Part shown: piece by piece, positions 31,376-41,036 of the stretch
How positions within the stretch are numbered: position 1 is the first letter of the stretch
How the letters are laid out: each line of letters begins with the position of its first letter
From: Methanobacteriota archaeon
GTDB lineage: Archaea > Thermoplasmatota > Poseidoniia > Poseidoniales > Poseidoniaceae
NCBI GenBank assembly: GCA_038141355.1
Contig: JAYQHX010000002.1
Span: 933,900-997,899, forward strand
Length of the DNA: 64,000 nt
Direction: 5' to 3'
Position numbers and translations under genes: made by a program
Notes under the pieces: generated by a model
What the model was told of the DNA's origin: nothing
Seen by the model: only the letters and a program-made list of their open reading frames with translations
The model's database searches: none

Positions 31376-33541
31376 ATGATGGCTGATGAAAACGATTCTT
31401 TAGATGCCGCTTCAGAAATTGAGGAAGCGATGATTTCGTCACTTGCAGAAGTTGTAAAAAATGTAGAAATCGAAAACACACAAGAAGATAGTTCTGTCGA
31501 TGTGAACGAAAATGATGAATTTTCAAACGATGAGGATAATGTTGTAGATGATGAATTGGATACAACAGTCACTGACATAGTTAACGAAGGAGAAGCCGCT
31601 CATAGATCTGGAGATTACGAAAATGCTCTTGAGTTATTCAATAAAGCAATCGCCCTCGACCCATCTAACGCTATGGCATGGTTTAACCGAGGTGTATTGT
31701 TAGAATCAAAACAAGATACAAGGGGAGCTAAACAGTCATTCGTGATATGCTTGGACATCGACCCCAATCATGGTCCTGCTCTTGCAAATTTAGCAGTTCT
31801 ACTAAATAGGCTTGGAGACAACAATGGTGCTGTTGAAATCGCCAACCGAGCATTAGAATTCTTCCCAGGACATCCATATCTTGTCAACATTTTAGAAGAA
31901 AATAAGAAGGCAGGTGGCATTGTAAATCCAGATACCGCAGTTTTACCTACTCCGCAAGAAAGACTAGTTGACCAAAATATTACTCATGCTTCTTCAGAAC
32001 TAGTTTCAGACCTATTTGATGATGAAGATGATTTCGCTGAAGACCATGTTGAAGAGATTGTTGAAGAATCCGACATCATCGAAACACCTGAAGTAGAAGA
32101 TGAAATAGATTTAGATGCGATATGTAATGAGGCGACACTTTTACTGTCACAAGGAGAAGCAAAATCTGCGCTTCAACTTCTTAAGCCATACCTTCATGCA
32201 GAAGCATCATCGAACTTTACTGCATGGAAAATTGGTGCGGGTGCTATGGCATCCATGTCCCTAGACGACCACGCAATATCTGCATATAACCATGCAATTG
32301 GACTAAACCCTGAAGATGCAAAGTCGTTCTTTAACCTAGGAGCATTGCATGAAAGGAAAGGGAATGTTGAGTCAGCAATTAAGTGCTTCACATCAGCACT
32401 AGAATTGGACGGTGGATATGAAAAAGCAGCAATCCGATTAATTTCTTTATCAGAAAATGCCAATGACATCGAGGGGCTAATAATTGGACGAAGATGCCTA
32501 GCGGATTTAGGAAATGGTCGCAGCGAATATGCTACCTTCCTTATTGAATTGGCAGAGGGAGAAGCTTCTATCCTTGAAAACACAAATGGATTGCCGCCGA
32601 CTATTCCAGCAGGCCCATCACTTGCAAATGAAGCAATGGAGTATTGTGATGAAGGTACAGTAATTATGGCAAGAGCATTTTCAGCAGCAGGACGTCATAC
32701 TGATGCAGTAAAAACATGGAAAATGATGATTCAATCCGATAAAACTAATCCAGAATTGTGGACTGGTCTTGCAAAATCTCTTGAATCCGCTGGGGATATT
32801 GGTTCCGCACAGAAGTGTCATGAAAAAGCACAAAGTTTGACTGCACTCCCAGTTGAAGATGATGAAATTAAAAATGGATTAGAGATTGATGAAGGAGAGA
32901 CGAATTTGCCTGTGGCCGTATCCTCTTCAGATTCTGTACCTTTACCTACAGTAGATGTTGAAGAACATCAATCAGTTCCGCAAACACCTCTTCCAGAATT
33001 GACAGTCGCACCTACTCCTCAAAAACCAGAGGCTGAACCTAGACCAGAAATCGATCTCGCTGCCGCTGCTCTCGAGGCTACTGCAAATATGGAACGGAAT
33101 CGAACTTTTGAGGCCAACTCTAATTCAATAGCGAATCAAGATATTGAATGGTACAATAAGGGAATCGCCTTAATCGAGGACAAAAAGTATAGAGAGGCGT
33201 TATCGTGTTTTGATAGAGCACTACCTTCATTTGCGAACAATGATGAAATGGTTATCCGTATATTAAATGGTAGAGGAAATGCATTGTATTACTTAGAAGA
33301 CTACCCCAAATGTGTTGAATCATATCATAAAGCCATGGTGATAAATCCAAAAGGAGTACAGGGGAAAACTCTCTACAACATGGGTACCGCATATGCTGAA
33401 ATGCAAAGGTTCAATGATGCAATCAAGTGTTTCGAACAAGCTATCCCCAGAGGTTTGGATAAAAGTCAGCAAAAATTGGCAAAGGAACAAATTAGAAGAT
33501 GCAACATTTTGCTAAAAGAACAACAAAGGAAAATTAACTGA
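31376..33541 (+). CDS. Tetratricopeptide repeat protein
   Basis: Several TPR clusters (AWFNRG, FFNLG, WYNKG, LYNMG) separated by acidic or Pro-rich linkers. Confidence 0.9.
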   Translation: MMADENDSLDAASEIEEAMISSLAEVVKNVEIENTQEDSSVDVNENDEFSNDEDNVVDDELDTTVTDIVNEGEAAHRSGDYENALELFNKAIALDPSNAMAWFNRGVLLESKQDTRGAKQSFVICLDIDPNHGPALANLAVLLNRLGDNNGAVEIANRALEFFPGHPYLVNILEENKKAGGIVNPDTAVLPTPQERLVDQNITHASSELVSDLFDDEDDFAEDHVEEIVEESDIIETPEVEDEIDLDAICNEATLLLSQGEAKSALQLLKPYLHAEASSNFTAWKIGAGAMASMSLDDHAISAYNHAIGLNPEDAKSFFNLGALHERKGNVESAIKCFTSALELDGGYEKAAIRLISLSENANDIEGLIIGRRCLADLGNGRSEYATFLIELAEGEASILENTNGLPPTIPAGPSLANEAMEYCDEGTVIMARAFSAAGRHTDAVKTWKMMIQSDKTNPELWTGLAKSLESAGDIGSAQKCHEKAQSLTALPVEDDEIKNGLEIDEGETNLPVAVSSSDSVPLPTVDVEEHQSVPQTPLPELTVAPTPQKPEAEPRPEIDLAAAALEATANMERNRTFEANSNSIANQDIEWYNKGIALIEDKKYREALSCFDRALPSFANNDEMVIRILNGRGNALYYLEDYPKCVESYHKAMVINPKGVQGKTLYNMGTAYAEMQRFNDAIKCFEQAIPRGLDKSQQKLAKEQIRRCNILLKEQQRKIN

Positions 33542-33573
33542 TTGGTTTTATCCACAGATTCATATGATTCTAC

Positions 33574-33969
33574 TTGGTGGCGAATAACATGGACTGCAAT
33601 ACATGCGACTCTAGCACCGCAGTTATTATCAATACTCCAGAGGTTGTCAGTGTTACGTTAACAATTACTGATAAGGCAAAGGAAATGCTCAACGGGGCTT
33701 TCGGTGACGACCGTTCAAACGCTCTTCTTGTTGGAGTCCTGTCTGGAGGATGTTCCGGATACATGTATGATTTACAGATAGTCGAAGAGACTGACCAAGA
33801 CTGTCAAGAACTACAAATCGATGGATTTAGAGTTCTTGTTCCAAATGCAACATCGCACTTATTGGATGGAATAGAGATCGATTACGTAGACAGATTAATG
33901 GGTGGCGGTTTCAAAATTAACAATCCAAATGCATCAAGTTCCTGCGGATGCGGAGAATCATTCGCTTGA
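33574..33969 (+). CDS. HesB/IscA/ErpA A-type Fe-S carrier protein
   Basis: GGCSGYMY, IDYVD, NPNASSSCGCGESF. Confidence 0.93.
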   Translation: MVANNMDCNTCDSSTAVIINTPEVVSVTLTITDKAKEMLNGAFGDDRSNALLVGVLSGGCSGYMYDLQIVEETDQDCQELQIDGFRVLVPNATSHLLDGIEIDYVDRLMGGGFKINNPNASSSCGCGESFA

Positions 33970-33979
33970 GTGTGAGCGA

Positions 33980-34639
33980 ATGGGTATTTACAAATTGGAC
34001 TCATACGTTCTAATTATCAGGGGAAAGGACAGGCTGTCATTCATTGACGGATTGTCAACAAACCAAGTTGAGGGAGATTGCTCTACAATATTCACTACTA
34101 CTTCTGCAAAAATTATCGACCTTGTAGACGTAATAGACATGGGCGACTTTATTGCAATTGTCGGCCATCAACCATACAAAGAGAATCTAATTCAACATAT
34201 ATCGAAAAGAGTGCTAAACCAAGAAGTCTCAATATTAGATATTAGTACAAATAATTCGGTCTACCTTTCTACAGAGGAAATTGATGTTGGGGATAAAATT
34301 ACCAAACGAAACACGTGGAGAGGCTGGTTGTTAGTAGCACCAAAGAGTGAATCCTTGAAGGCAGACATGTCTGATAATGATTTTAATGAGTACAGAGTAC
34401 AAAATATGATTCCCCATCAAGGATTTGAAATAACTCCTGATGTACATCCACTAGCCTGTGGACTTGGGGAAATGGTACACGAAGCAAAGGGCTGCTACAT
34501 TGGACAAGAAATACTAGCCAGAATGCGTAGTAGAGGACGTCAAGGAAAGGAATTAGTCAAATTACCAAATCCAGTTGAAGGCGCTACAACAATAGGAAAA
34601 ACTCACTCTTTAGCAATCGTTCGAAAGATGAGTGACTGA
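33980..34639 (+). CDS. YgfZ/GcvT-like folate-binding Fe-S maturation protein (short form)
   Basis: GKDRLSF..GLSTN and signature KGCYIGQE; adjacent to the IscA-like gene. Confidence 0.85.
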   Translation: MGIYKLDSYVLIIRGKDRLSFIDGLSTNQVEGDCSTIFTTTSAKIIDLVDVIDMGDFIAIVGHQPYKENLIQHISKRVLNQEVSILDISTNNSVYLSTEEIDVGDKITKRNTWRGWLLVAPKSESLKADMSDNDFNEYRVQNMIPHQGFEITPDVHPLACGLGEMVHEAKGCYIGQEILARMRSRGRQGKELVKLPNPVEGATTIGKTHSLAIVRKMSD

Positions 34640-34641
34640 TT

Positions 34642-34662
34642 ACTCATGAACAATTCATGAGT
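34642..34662. terminator. Hairpin between convergent ygfZ-like and mdh genes
   Basis: Perfect 9-bp inverted repeat ACTCATGAA-CAA-TTCATGAGT. Confidence 0.4.
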
Positions 34663-34707
34663 TCTGTTCCCCATAACTGACCTAATGCACACACAGGAGG
34701 TCTAATT

Positions 34708-35646
34708 TCAATATCCTAGAATATCTTTCAATTGACCTTTGTAGAAATTAGCAGACCCTTGTAATGAGGTTAATTCGGATTCGCTTAGATCTAATTCAAA
34801 AATTTGTTCGACTCCATTTGCCCCTATGATGGAAGGAACACCGATGTAAATGTCTTCCAAGCCATATTGACCTGTCAGATAACAGGATGCAGGAATTACT
34901 CTTCGCCGGTCGTTTAGAACTGACTCTGCCATAATTGCTGCTGCTGAACCAGGTGCATAAAATGCTGAACCGTTGCCGAGTAATTTGACTATTTCTCCGC
35001 CGCCGCTAGCTGTTCTTTCACTAATTGCCTGTATTCTATCTTCAGGAATCAATTGAGTAATTGGAATGCCTCCAACAGTTGTATAACGAGGAAGTGGAAC
35101 CATTGTATCTCCATGTCCGCCGAGAACCATAGGTGAAACATCTTCTTCTGCACAATTCAACTCTAGTGCTATGAAGTGAGCCATCCTAGCACTGTCGAGA
35201 ACACCTGCTTGTCCAATAACTCTATTTGTTGGAAAGCCGGTTACTTTCTGCATGTGGTAAGTCATCAAATCCAATGGATTTGTGACCATTATTATGACAG
35301 ATTCTGGAGCATGCTTTTTGATTCCCTCGCCGACTTGAGAGACAATTTCAGCATTCTTACCGATTAAGTCTTCTCTTGTCATTCCTGGTTTTCTTGGAAA
35401 TCCAGAAGTCACTACGATTACATCGCTTCCAGCTATATCAGCGTAATCGGCTGTTCCGGTGATTGTTCCATCGTAATTCAAAATATTACTATTTTGACTC
35501 ATATCGAGTGCCTTGCCCTTTGCAAATCCTTCAAAAATATCCAATAAGACAATATCCGCGATTTTCATTTGCGCTAATACAAAAGCGCATGTTGCTCCTA
35601 CATTTCCAGCACCAATTACTGCGATTTTCTTTCGACCTCTTGACAA
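34708..35646 (-). CDS. mdh: Malate dehydrogenase (LDH-like)
   Basis: GAGNVG, GKALD, PRKPGMTREDL, NPLD, LDSAR, GGHGDTMVP; TTG start after GGGAGTG. Confidence 0.93.
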   Translation of the reverse strand: MSRGRKKIAVIGAGNVGATCAFVLAQMKIADIVLLDIFEGFAKGKALDMSQNSNILNYDGTITGTADYADIAGSDVIVVTSGFPRKPGMTREDLIGKNAEIVSQVGEGIKKHAPESVIIMVTNPLDLMTYHMQKVTGFPTNRVIGQAGVLDSARMAHFIALELNCAEEDVSPMVLGGHGDTMVPLPRYTTVGGIPITQLIPEDRIQAISERTASGGGEIVKLLGNGSAFYAPGSAAAIMAESVLNDRRRVIPASCYLTGQYGLEDIYIGVPSIIGANGVEQIFELDLSESELTSLQGSANFYKGQLKDILGY

Positions 35647-35784
35647 TTTAACACTCCCTGTAAAACCTCCGAGTCGGACTATGTCCATAAGGATAGGCGG
35701 TGTTGCGGCAAACACCACTTTTTAGATGCTCAACCGAGTCTTTCAATAACCGGATTTAATTCGGGAGTAGCATAGAGACCATAA

Positions 35785-36963
35785 ATGGAGGTAAATGTCT
35801 TGAAAATCGGAGTCCCAAAAGAGCCTGATGGTGAAACTAGAGTAGCGATAGTTCCAGGAAGTATGAAAAAACTATCTAAGGCAGGATTTGAATTGATTAT
35901 TGAATCTGGTGCTGGTGTAAATGCAAATTATAATGATTCGGAATATTCAGATGCAGGTGCAGTAGTTGGGTCTCGCGAAGATGTCTTCTCTTGTGACATA
36001 ATTATCTCAATCAGATTACCTAACTTGGATGAAATCCAAAAAGGGAAAATTGTTGCTTGTGTAGCAGATCCATTTAGACACCCCGATAAAGTTTCAGAAT
36101 GCATATCCAAAGGAATTACTTTGATGTCGATGGACATGATACCAAGAAGATTGTCAAGAGCTCAATCCATGGATGTAAACTCAAGCCAAGACAATTTGGC
36201 AGGATACAAAGCTGTCCTACTCGGTGCCGCTAACGTCCCTAGAGGCATTCCAATGATGACAACATCTGCGGGAACTGTCAAGCCTGCAAAAGTTGTTGTT
36301 ATGGGTTCCGGAGTAGCAGGGCTGCAGGCTATTGCTACGGCAAAAAGACTGGGCGCTGTCGTTTATGCTTCAGATGTCAGGAAATCCGCTGCTGAACAAA
36401 TAGAGTCAGTTGGTGGACGATTTATCGAAGTAGACGGAATGGATGATTTTGAAGATGAATCTGGGTATGCCAAACCACTGACTCCTGAATTTATTCAGAA
36501 AGTTAACGACACAGTTTGTGAAGTAGCAAGCGATGCAGATATCATCATCACAACTGCAAGGATATTTGGTAGGCCAGCACCTATTACCGTCCCAAATTCG
36601 GCAATTACAAATTTCAAATCCGGTGCTGTAGTTGTCGATATGAATGCTGATGTTGGAGGTAATTGTGAATCTACTATTCAAGGTGAAATCCACACCACAG
36701 AAAACGGTGTTATCATAGTCGGCACCTCAAATTTACCTGGTACATTGGCAAATACTGCTTCAATGTTGTACTCAAATAATCTTACAACCTTCATTACGAG
36801 TTTAGTAGACAAAGAAAATGGATTTACAATATCTGAGAGTGATGACATTCTAGTTGGCGCACCAGAAGGAAATGATTTCTATGTAGCGGGCATGGGTGGA
36901 GTGTTGCTATGTAAAGATGGAGTACTCCATCCAAAGCAAACCAGATTAGGAGGTGTGCTCTGA
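35785..36963 (+). CDS. pntAA: NAD(P) transhydrogenase alpha subunit, part 1 (dI)
   Basis: GETRVA, RAQSMD..SSQ.NLAGYKAV, GSGVAGLQAIATAKRLGA, ESGYAK, GGNC. Confidence 0.93.
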   Translation: MEVNVLKIGVPKEPDGETRVAIVPGSMKKLSKAGFELIIESGAGVNANYNDSEYSDAGAVVGSREDVFSCDIIISIRLPNLDEIQKGKIVACVADPFRHPDKVSECISKGITLMSMDMIPRRLSRAQSMDVNSSQDNLAGYKAVLLGAANVPRGIPMMTTSAGTVKPAKVVVMGSGVAGLQAIATAKRLGAVVYASDVRKSAAEQIESVGGRFIEVDGMDDFEDESGYAKPLTPEFIQKVNDTVCEVASDADIIITTARIFGRPAPITVPNSAITNFKSGAVVVDMNADVGGNCESTIQGEIHTTENGVIIVGTSNLPGTLANTASMLYSNNLTTFITSLVDKENGFTISESDDILVGAPEGNDFYVAGMGGVLLCKDGVLHPKQTRLGGVL

Positions 36964-37271
36964 TGACACCAGAATTATTGATTGGATCTATTACATTATT
37001 TGTATTGGCGATTTTCTTAGGATTTGAATTGATTACTAAAGTGCCTGCAATGCTTCATACACCACTTATGAGTGGGGCTAATGCAATTTCAGGTATTAGT
37101 GTAGTCGGTGCATTAATAGGTGCAAATGTAGCATATGATGGTGGTAATACCGTCACTTCCGGCATACTTGCATTCGTCGCCCTAACTTTGGCTATGATTA
37201 ACGTAGTCGGAGGTTTTGCTGTCACAAATCGTATGCTAAATATGATTGCTGGAAAGAAGAGAGGTGCTTGA
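36963..37271 (+). CDS. pntAB: NAD(P) transhydrogenase alpha subunit, part 2
   Basis: LHTPLMSGANAISG, INVVGGFAVTNRML. Confidence 0.93.
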   Translation: MTPELLIGSITLFVLAIFLGFELITKVPAMLHTPLMSGANAISGISVVGALIGANVAYDGGNTVTSGILAFVALTLAMINVVGGFAVTNRMLNMIAGKKRGA

Positions 37272-37272
37272 A

Positions 37273-38694
37273 ATGCTTTCTGATTGGATTTCATTCGGTT
37301 ATCTCGTTTCTGCAGCATTATTCATCTTTGGACTGAAAAAACTTGGACATCCTAAAACCGCTCCAAGAGGAAACCAATATGGTATGATAGGGATGTTAGT
37401 AGCAGTAATTACTACAATTGCTGACATGAATTTCGGCCAAGATGGAATTATCAGTTGGACCCTAATTATAGCAGGAATTGCTGCCGGTTCAATTATCGGC
37501 TACATCATGGCAGTAAAGGTCGAAATGACCGGAATGCCAGAAATGGTGGCTCTTTTCAATGGGTTCGGTGGAGCAGCATCTGCACTTGTAGCGCTTTCAG
37601 AATGTTGGAAATGGATTGAAACCACTGCACCATCACCCGGTTTAGGTGCTACAGTGACCATCGTTGCAGCAGGATTGTCTGCTTTAGTAGGATGGATGAC
37701 TTTGACTGGATCTTTACTTGCAATGTACAAATTAAAAGGAGGAATCGAAGTATTTGGAAAATGGATTAGAACTCCAACTTGGGGCCCAGGCTGGCTAAAT
37801 CCAGTCAAAGGGCTATTGTTCATTTCAGTTCTAGCATTGATTTATCTATCAATAGAAGACCCAACCAATGAAGAATACATATGGGGTATTATTGGAATAT
37901 CCTGTATCCTTGGAATTATTCTCGTATTACCAATCGGTGGTGCTGACATGCCAGTTGTTGTCAGTTTGCTGAATTCGCTTTCTGGAATTGCTGCTGCATT
38001 TACAGGATTCATCATTAATAATAGTGTTCTAATTGTAGCAGGAAGTTTAGTCGGAGCATCAGGATTGATTCTCACAATGATTATGTGTAAAGCTATGAAT
38101 CGACAACTTGTAGATGTATTATTCAAATCATTTGGCGGCGGAGATAAAGAAAAATTAACCAGAACTAAAGTTGGCAGTGATCCTGAAGAAGTCGCAATGA
38201 TGGCAGATGGTGCTCAAAAAATCATAATCGTTCCAGGGTATGGTATGGCGGTAAGTCAGTGTCAACACCAAGTAAAAGAATTCGCTGATTTGGTTTCAGA
38301 GAAATTTGATACTGAAGTTAAGTACGCTATCCATCCAGTTGCTGGAAGAATGCCCGGCCACATGAATGTATTATTGGCTGAAGCGAACGTACCATACGAA
38401 CAATTGATTGAAATGGATGAAATCAACCCTGAATTCCCTGAGTGTGATATGGCTCTAGTTATCGGTGCAAATGATACCTGTAATCCAGCCGCAAGAACAG
38501 GAGAAGGGCCATTAGCAGGTATGCCAATAATCGATGCTGACCAAGCAAGGACAGTTGTGATAGTGAAAAGAAGCCTTTCAGTAGGTTATGCTGGAGTCGA
38601 TAATGACTTGTTCTATGAGGATAAGACAATGATGTTGTTTGGTGATGGAAAAGCTATGATGACTGAACTGAATAATGCAATTAAAGATCTTTGA
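37273..38694 (+). CDS. pntB: NAD(P) transhydrogenase beta subunit
   Basis: MTGMPEMVALFNGFGG, IGGADMPVVVSLLNS, PGYGMAV, HPVAGRMPGHMNVLLAEA. Confidence 0.95.
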   Translation: MLSDWISFGYLVSAALFIFGLKKLGHPKTAPRGNQYGMIGMLVAVITTIADMNFGQDGIISWTLIIAGIAAGSIIGYIMAVKVEMTGMPEMVALFNGFGGAASALVALSECWKWIETTAPSPGLGATVTIVAAGLSALVGWMTLTGSLLAMYKLKGGIEVFGKWIRTPTWGPGWLNPVKGLLFISVLALIYLSIEDPTNEEYIWGIIGISCILGIILVLPIGGADMPVVVSLLNSLSGIAAAFTGFIINNSVLIVAGSLVGASGLILTMIMCKAMNRQLVDVLFKSFGGGDKEKLTRTKVGSDPEEVAMMADGAQKIIIVPGYGMAVSQCQHQVKEFADLVSEKFDTEVKYAIHPVAGRMPGHMNVLLAEANVPYEQLIEMDEINPEFPECDMALVIGANDTCNPAARTGEGPLAGMPIIDADQARTVVIVKRSLSVGYAGVDNDLFYEDKTMMLFGDGKAMMTELNNAIKDL

Positions 38695-38759
38695 TAATTA
38701 TCGAATTAAACTGCATGTTGTGACAATATTCAATAGGGAATTTCAGGTCGGGTCAAACA

Positions 38760-39705
38760 ATGTCAAGAAGGTTCTCGTTTTTCTTGGTAGCGGCATTGTC
38801 TGTTTTACTGGCTGGTCCCGCTATTGGTTGGTCCGAGGGGCCTCCTTGGATTCAAAATAACAACATTGTACCCGAAGAGGGTTGTGTTTGCCACGGAGCG
38901 GGAGAAGCTCCTTCGTCAGAGGTTATTCTATCAATCTCCGGAGTTCCTCGAGTTTACGAATTAGGAGGGGAATACAATTTTACCATTAGTTTAGCACATT
39001 CCACATATAATTCCGGTGGATTCATGATTTGGGATTACGGTGCAGGAACCTTTACAGAAGTTGAAGGAACAACATTTGTAGATGATTCAGGAGGAGCGAT
39101 TTCACAAAATTCTCCAGCGAATGATTGGGTCATTCCATGGCAAGCGCCTTCAGAGGATGTTGGAGAAATCAACTTTGCATTAGCAGGAAACATCGTTGAT
39201 TTGAGTGGTAATGCAGATGCTGGAGACCACTGGACAACCCTCTCATTCATGGTAAGCGCACCTGGTTCATCAACTCCTGATTCCGACGAAAACCTGAGAA
39301 CCATTAGCGTTGGAGATTACGATTCATTATTCGGACAAAAAACCCCCGAAGAAATCGAAGCTGAACGTCAATCAGAGTTGGCTGAAGATTATTTCGTACA
39401 AGGTAATTTGTACTTCTGGACAACATTGTCACTATTGATTATCGCCGCTGTGATTCAAGGAGAATTTTATGAAAGAAGATTCGGGGGGCCCAACTCATCT
39501 TGACATGAGCCTTGCAGTACCACAAGGAATTAGAAGAGGATTGCTTTCAATTGGTTTGGCGATTGGCTTAGGTTGGGCTATTGATTCTCATTTACCGTGG
39601 GGATACAATCTACTCATCGCAATGTGTATGCTTTGGGCATTCTTTGGTGTATATCGTACCGTTGTTCAAGCAAGAGCTGTATCAAAGCCAGAAGATCAGG
39701 TATGA
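38760..39705 (+). CDS. Secreted Reeler / choice-of-anchor-V-like domain protein with 3 C-terminal TM helices (frameshift near 39485)
   Basis: Signal peptide; GCVCHG; G.P..Y..G..Y, W...WQAP...G.I.F..AGN; the G-run joins ORF 39469-39705. Confidence 0.65.
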
Positions 39706-39709
39706 TAAC

Positions 39710-41005
39710 ATGGATGACATGTACCTGTCAACTGATGACAGGGTTGATATTCAAATTCATCTTCAAGAATTGTCAAAGAGGATTTCAACAATAATTATCC
39801 TAATTGTTATACTAACACTAATTTGGTCAATATCTATTGACCAAATTTTGAAGTTTGTACTATCAAGTTTAGACCCTTGTATGGATTCATGTGTAAACAT
39901 TTTTTCTCCAGAAGAGTGGGCGGGCACTAGATGGCTGTCGGCTGGACTGTTGGCAATTTTTACAGCTGGACCATTCATAATTCTGCAAGTGTATTCTTTC
40001 GCGAAACCCGGTTTGCTGCCAAGTGAAAGAATAGTTTTGGTATCTTGGATGAGTATCTTTTGGCTTATCTCTTTCATTTCAATTTTATACACGTTAACAG
40101 AATTATTGCCAACTGTATATCAATACGGTCATTCTTTCAATCAAGATACTGGCTTAACAGGTAAATATGATGCTGCTGAAATGTTGAAAATATCAATTGC
40201 AATAGCATGGACTATAATACTAATTTTAGCAGCATCTAGCATTATTGTAATCGCTGGATTTATGAAATTATTATGGTCTGGCAATGCGGAATGGTGGCGA
40301 CTTAGGATTCACGGTATGATGTTGATGCTGATTTGGCTAATTCTTCCAAATGACTTACCTGGCCTTTTTATCACATTAACAATTATTGCAATTACTGCAG
40401 TTGAATTCGCAGGTTTCAAACACTTCCGCAGCCCTATGCCTATTGGTTATGGACTCAAAGATTTGATGAATTCAGAAGGACGTATTCAAAGAATCTTGTA
40501 TGCTGATTGCAGTTGTTGCGGTGTTTCTCCTAAAGTTCAGGCACTGGAAGGCATGGGAATAATCACATTCCAATCCGTATGTAGAAATGAAGAAGAGCAA
40601 AACATTTTGCTGGATTCAGTTATGCGATTCAACGTAAATCAAGTTATATTTTCGGGATGTTTAATTGAATCACTTCCTTTCCAACTCCTTGACTCTCTCA
40701 GATTCCTTGGCTGTGAATATCGAACTCTTAATTTAGCACATCTAAGTACATTGAGAACTAATAATGTCGATATCGATTATCAAATTGCAATGTCCCTTCT
40801 CATCAACCCATGGAGCGAATCTCAAATGCTAGAAAGATGTATGAGGATTATTTTAGAAAACAACATTAATTCTATTTTCTATGGCGACAATTTAGAATTC
40901 GGACTTAACTTGAATAGTGAAGAAGCATGGATTACTTCCCCAACAGAAAAGCTCTTAGAAATGCTTGCTAAAAATGGTATTAGCATTAATCGTAGTAGCA
41001 ATTGA
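39710..41005 (+). CDS. TatC-like protein with Cys-rich C-terminal extension
   Basis: HLQELSKRI, SPEE, QVYSFAKPGLLPSE, about 6 TM helices, plus a soluble C-terminal domain of about 170 aa. Confidence 0.7.
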   Translation: MDDMYLSTDDRVDIQIHLQELSKRISTIIILIVILTLIWSISIDQILKFVLSSLDPCMDSCVNIFSPEEWAGTRWLSAGLLAIFTAGPFIILQVYSFAKPGLLPSERIVLVSWMSIFWLISFISILYTLTELLPTVYQYGHSFNQDTGLTGKYDAAEMLKISIAIAWTIILILAASSIIVIAGFMKLLWSGNAEWWRLRIHGMMLMLIWLILPNDLPGLFITLTIIAITAVEFAGFKHFRSPMPIGYGLKDLMNSEGRIQRILYADCSCCGVSPKVQALEGMGIITFQSVCRNEEEQNILLDSVMRFNVNQVIFSGCLIESLPFQLLDSLRFLGCEYRTLNLAHLSTLRTNNVDIDYQIAMSLLINPWSESQMLERCMRIILENNINSIFYGDNLEFGLNLNSEEAWITSPTEKLLEMLAKNGISINRSSN

Positions 41006-41036
41006 TTCATACAGAACCTTGTTTTGGTTTATTTCA

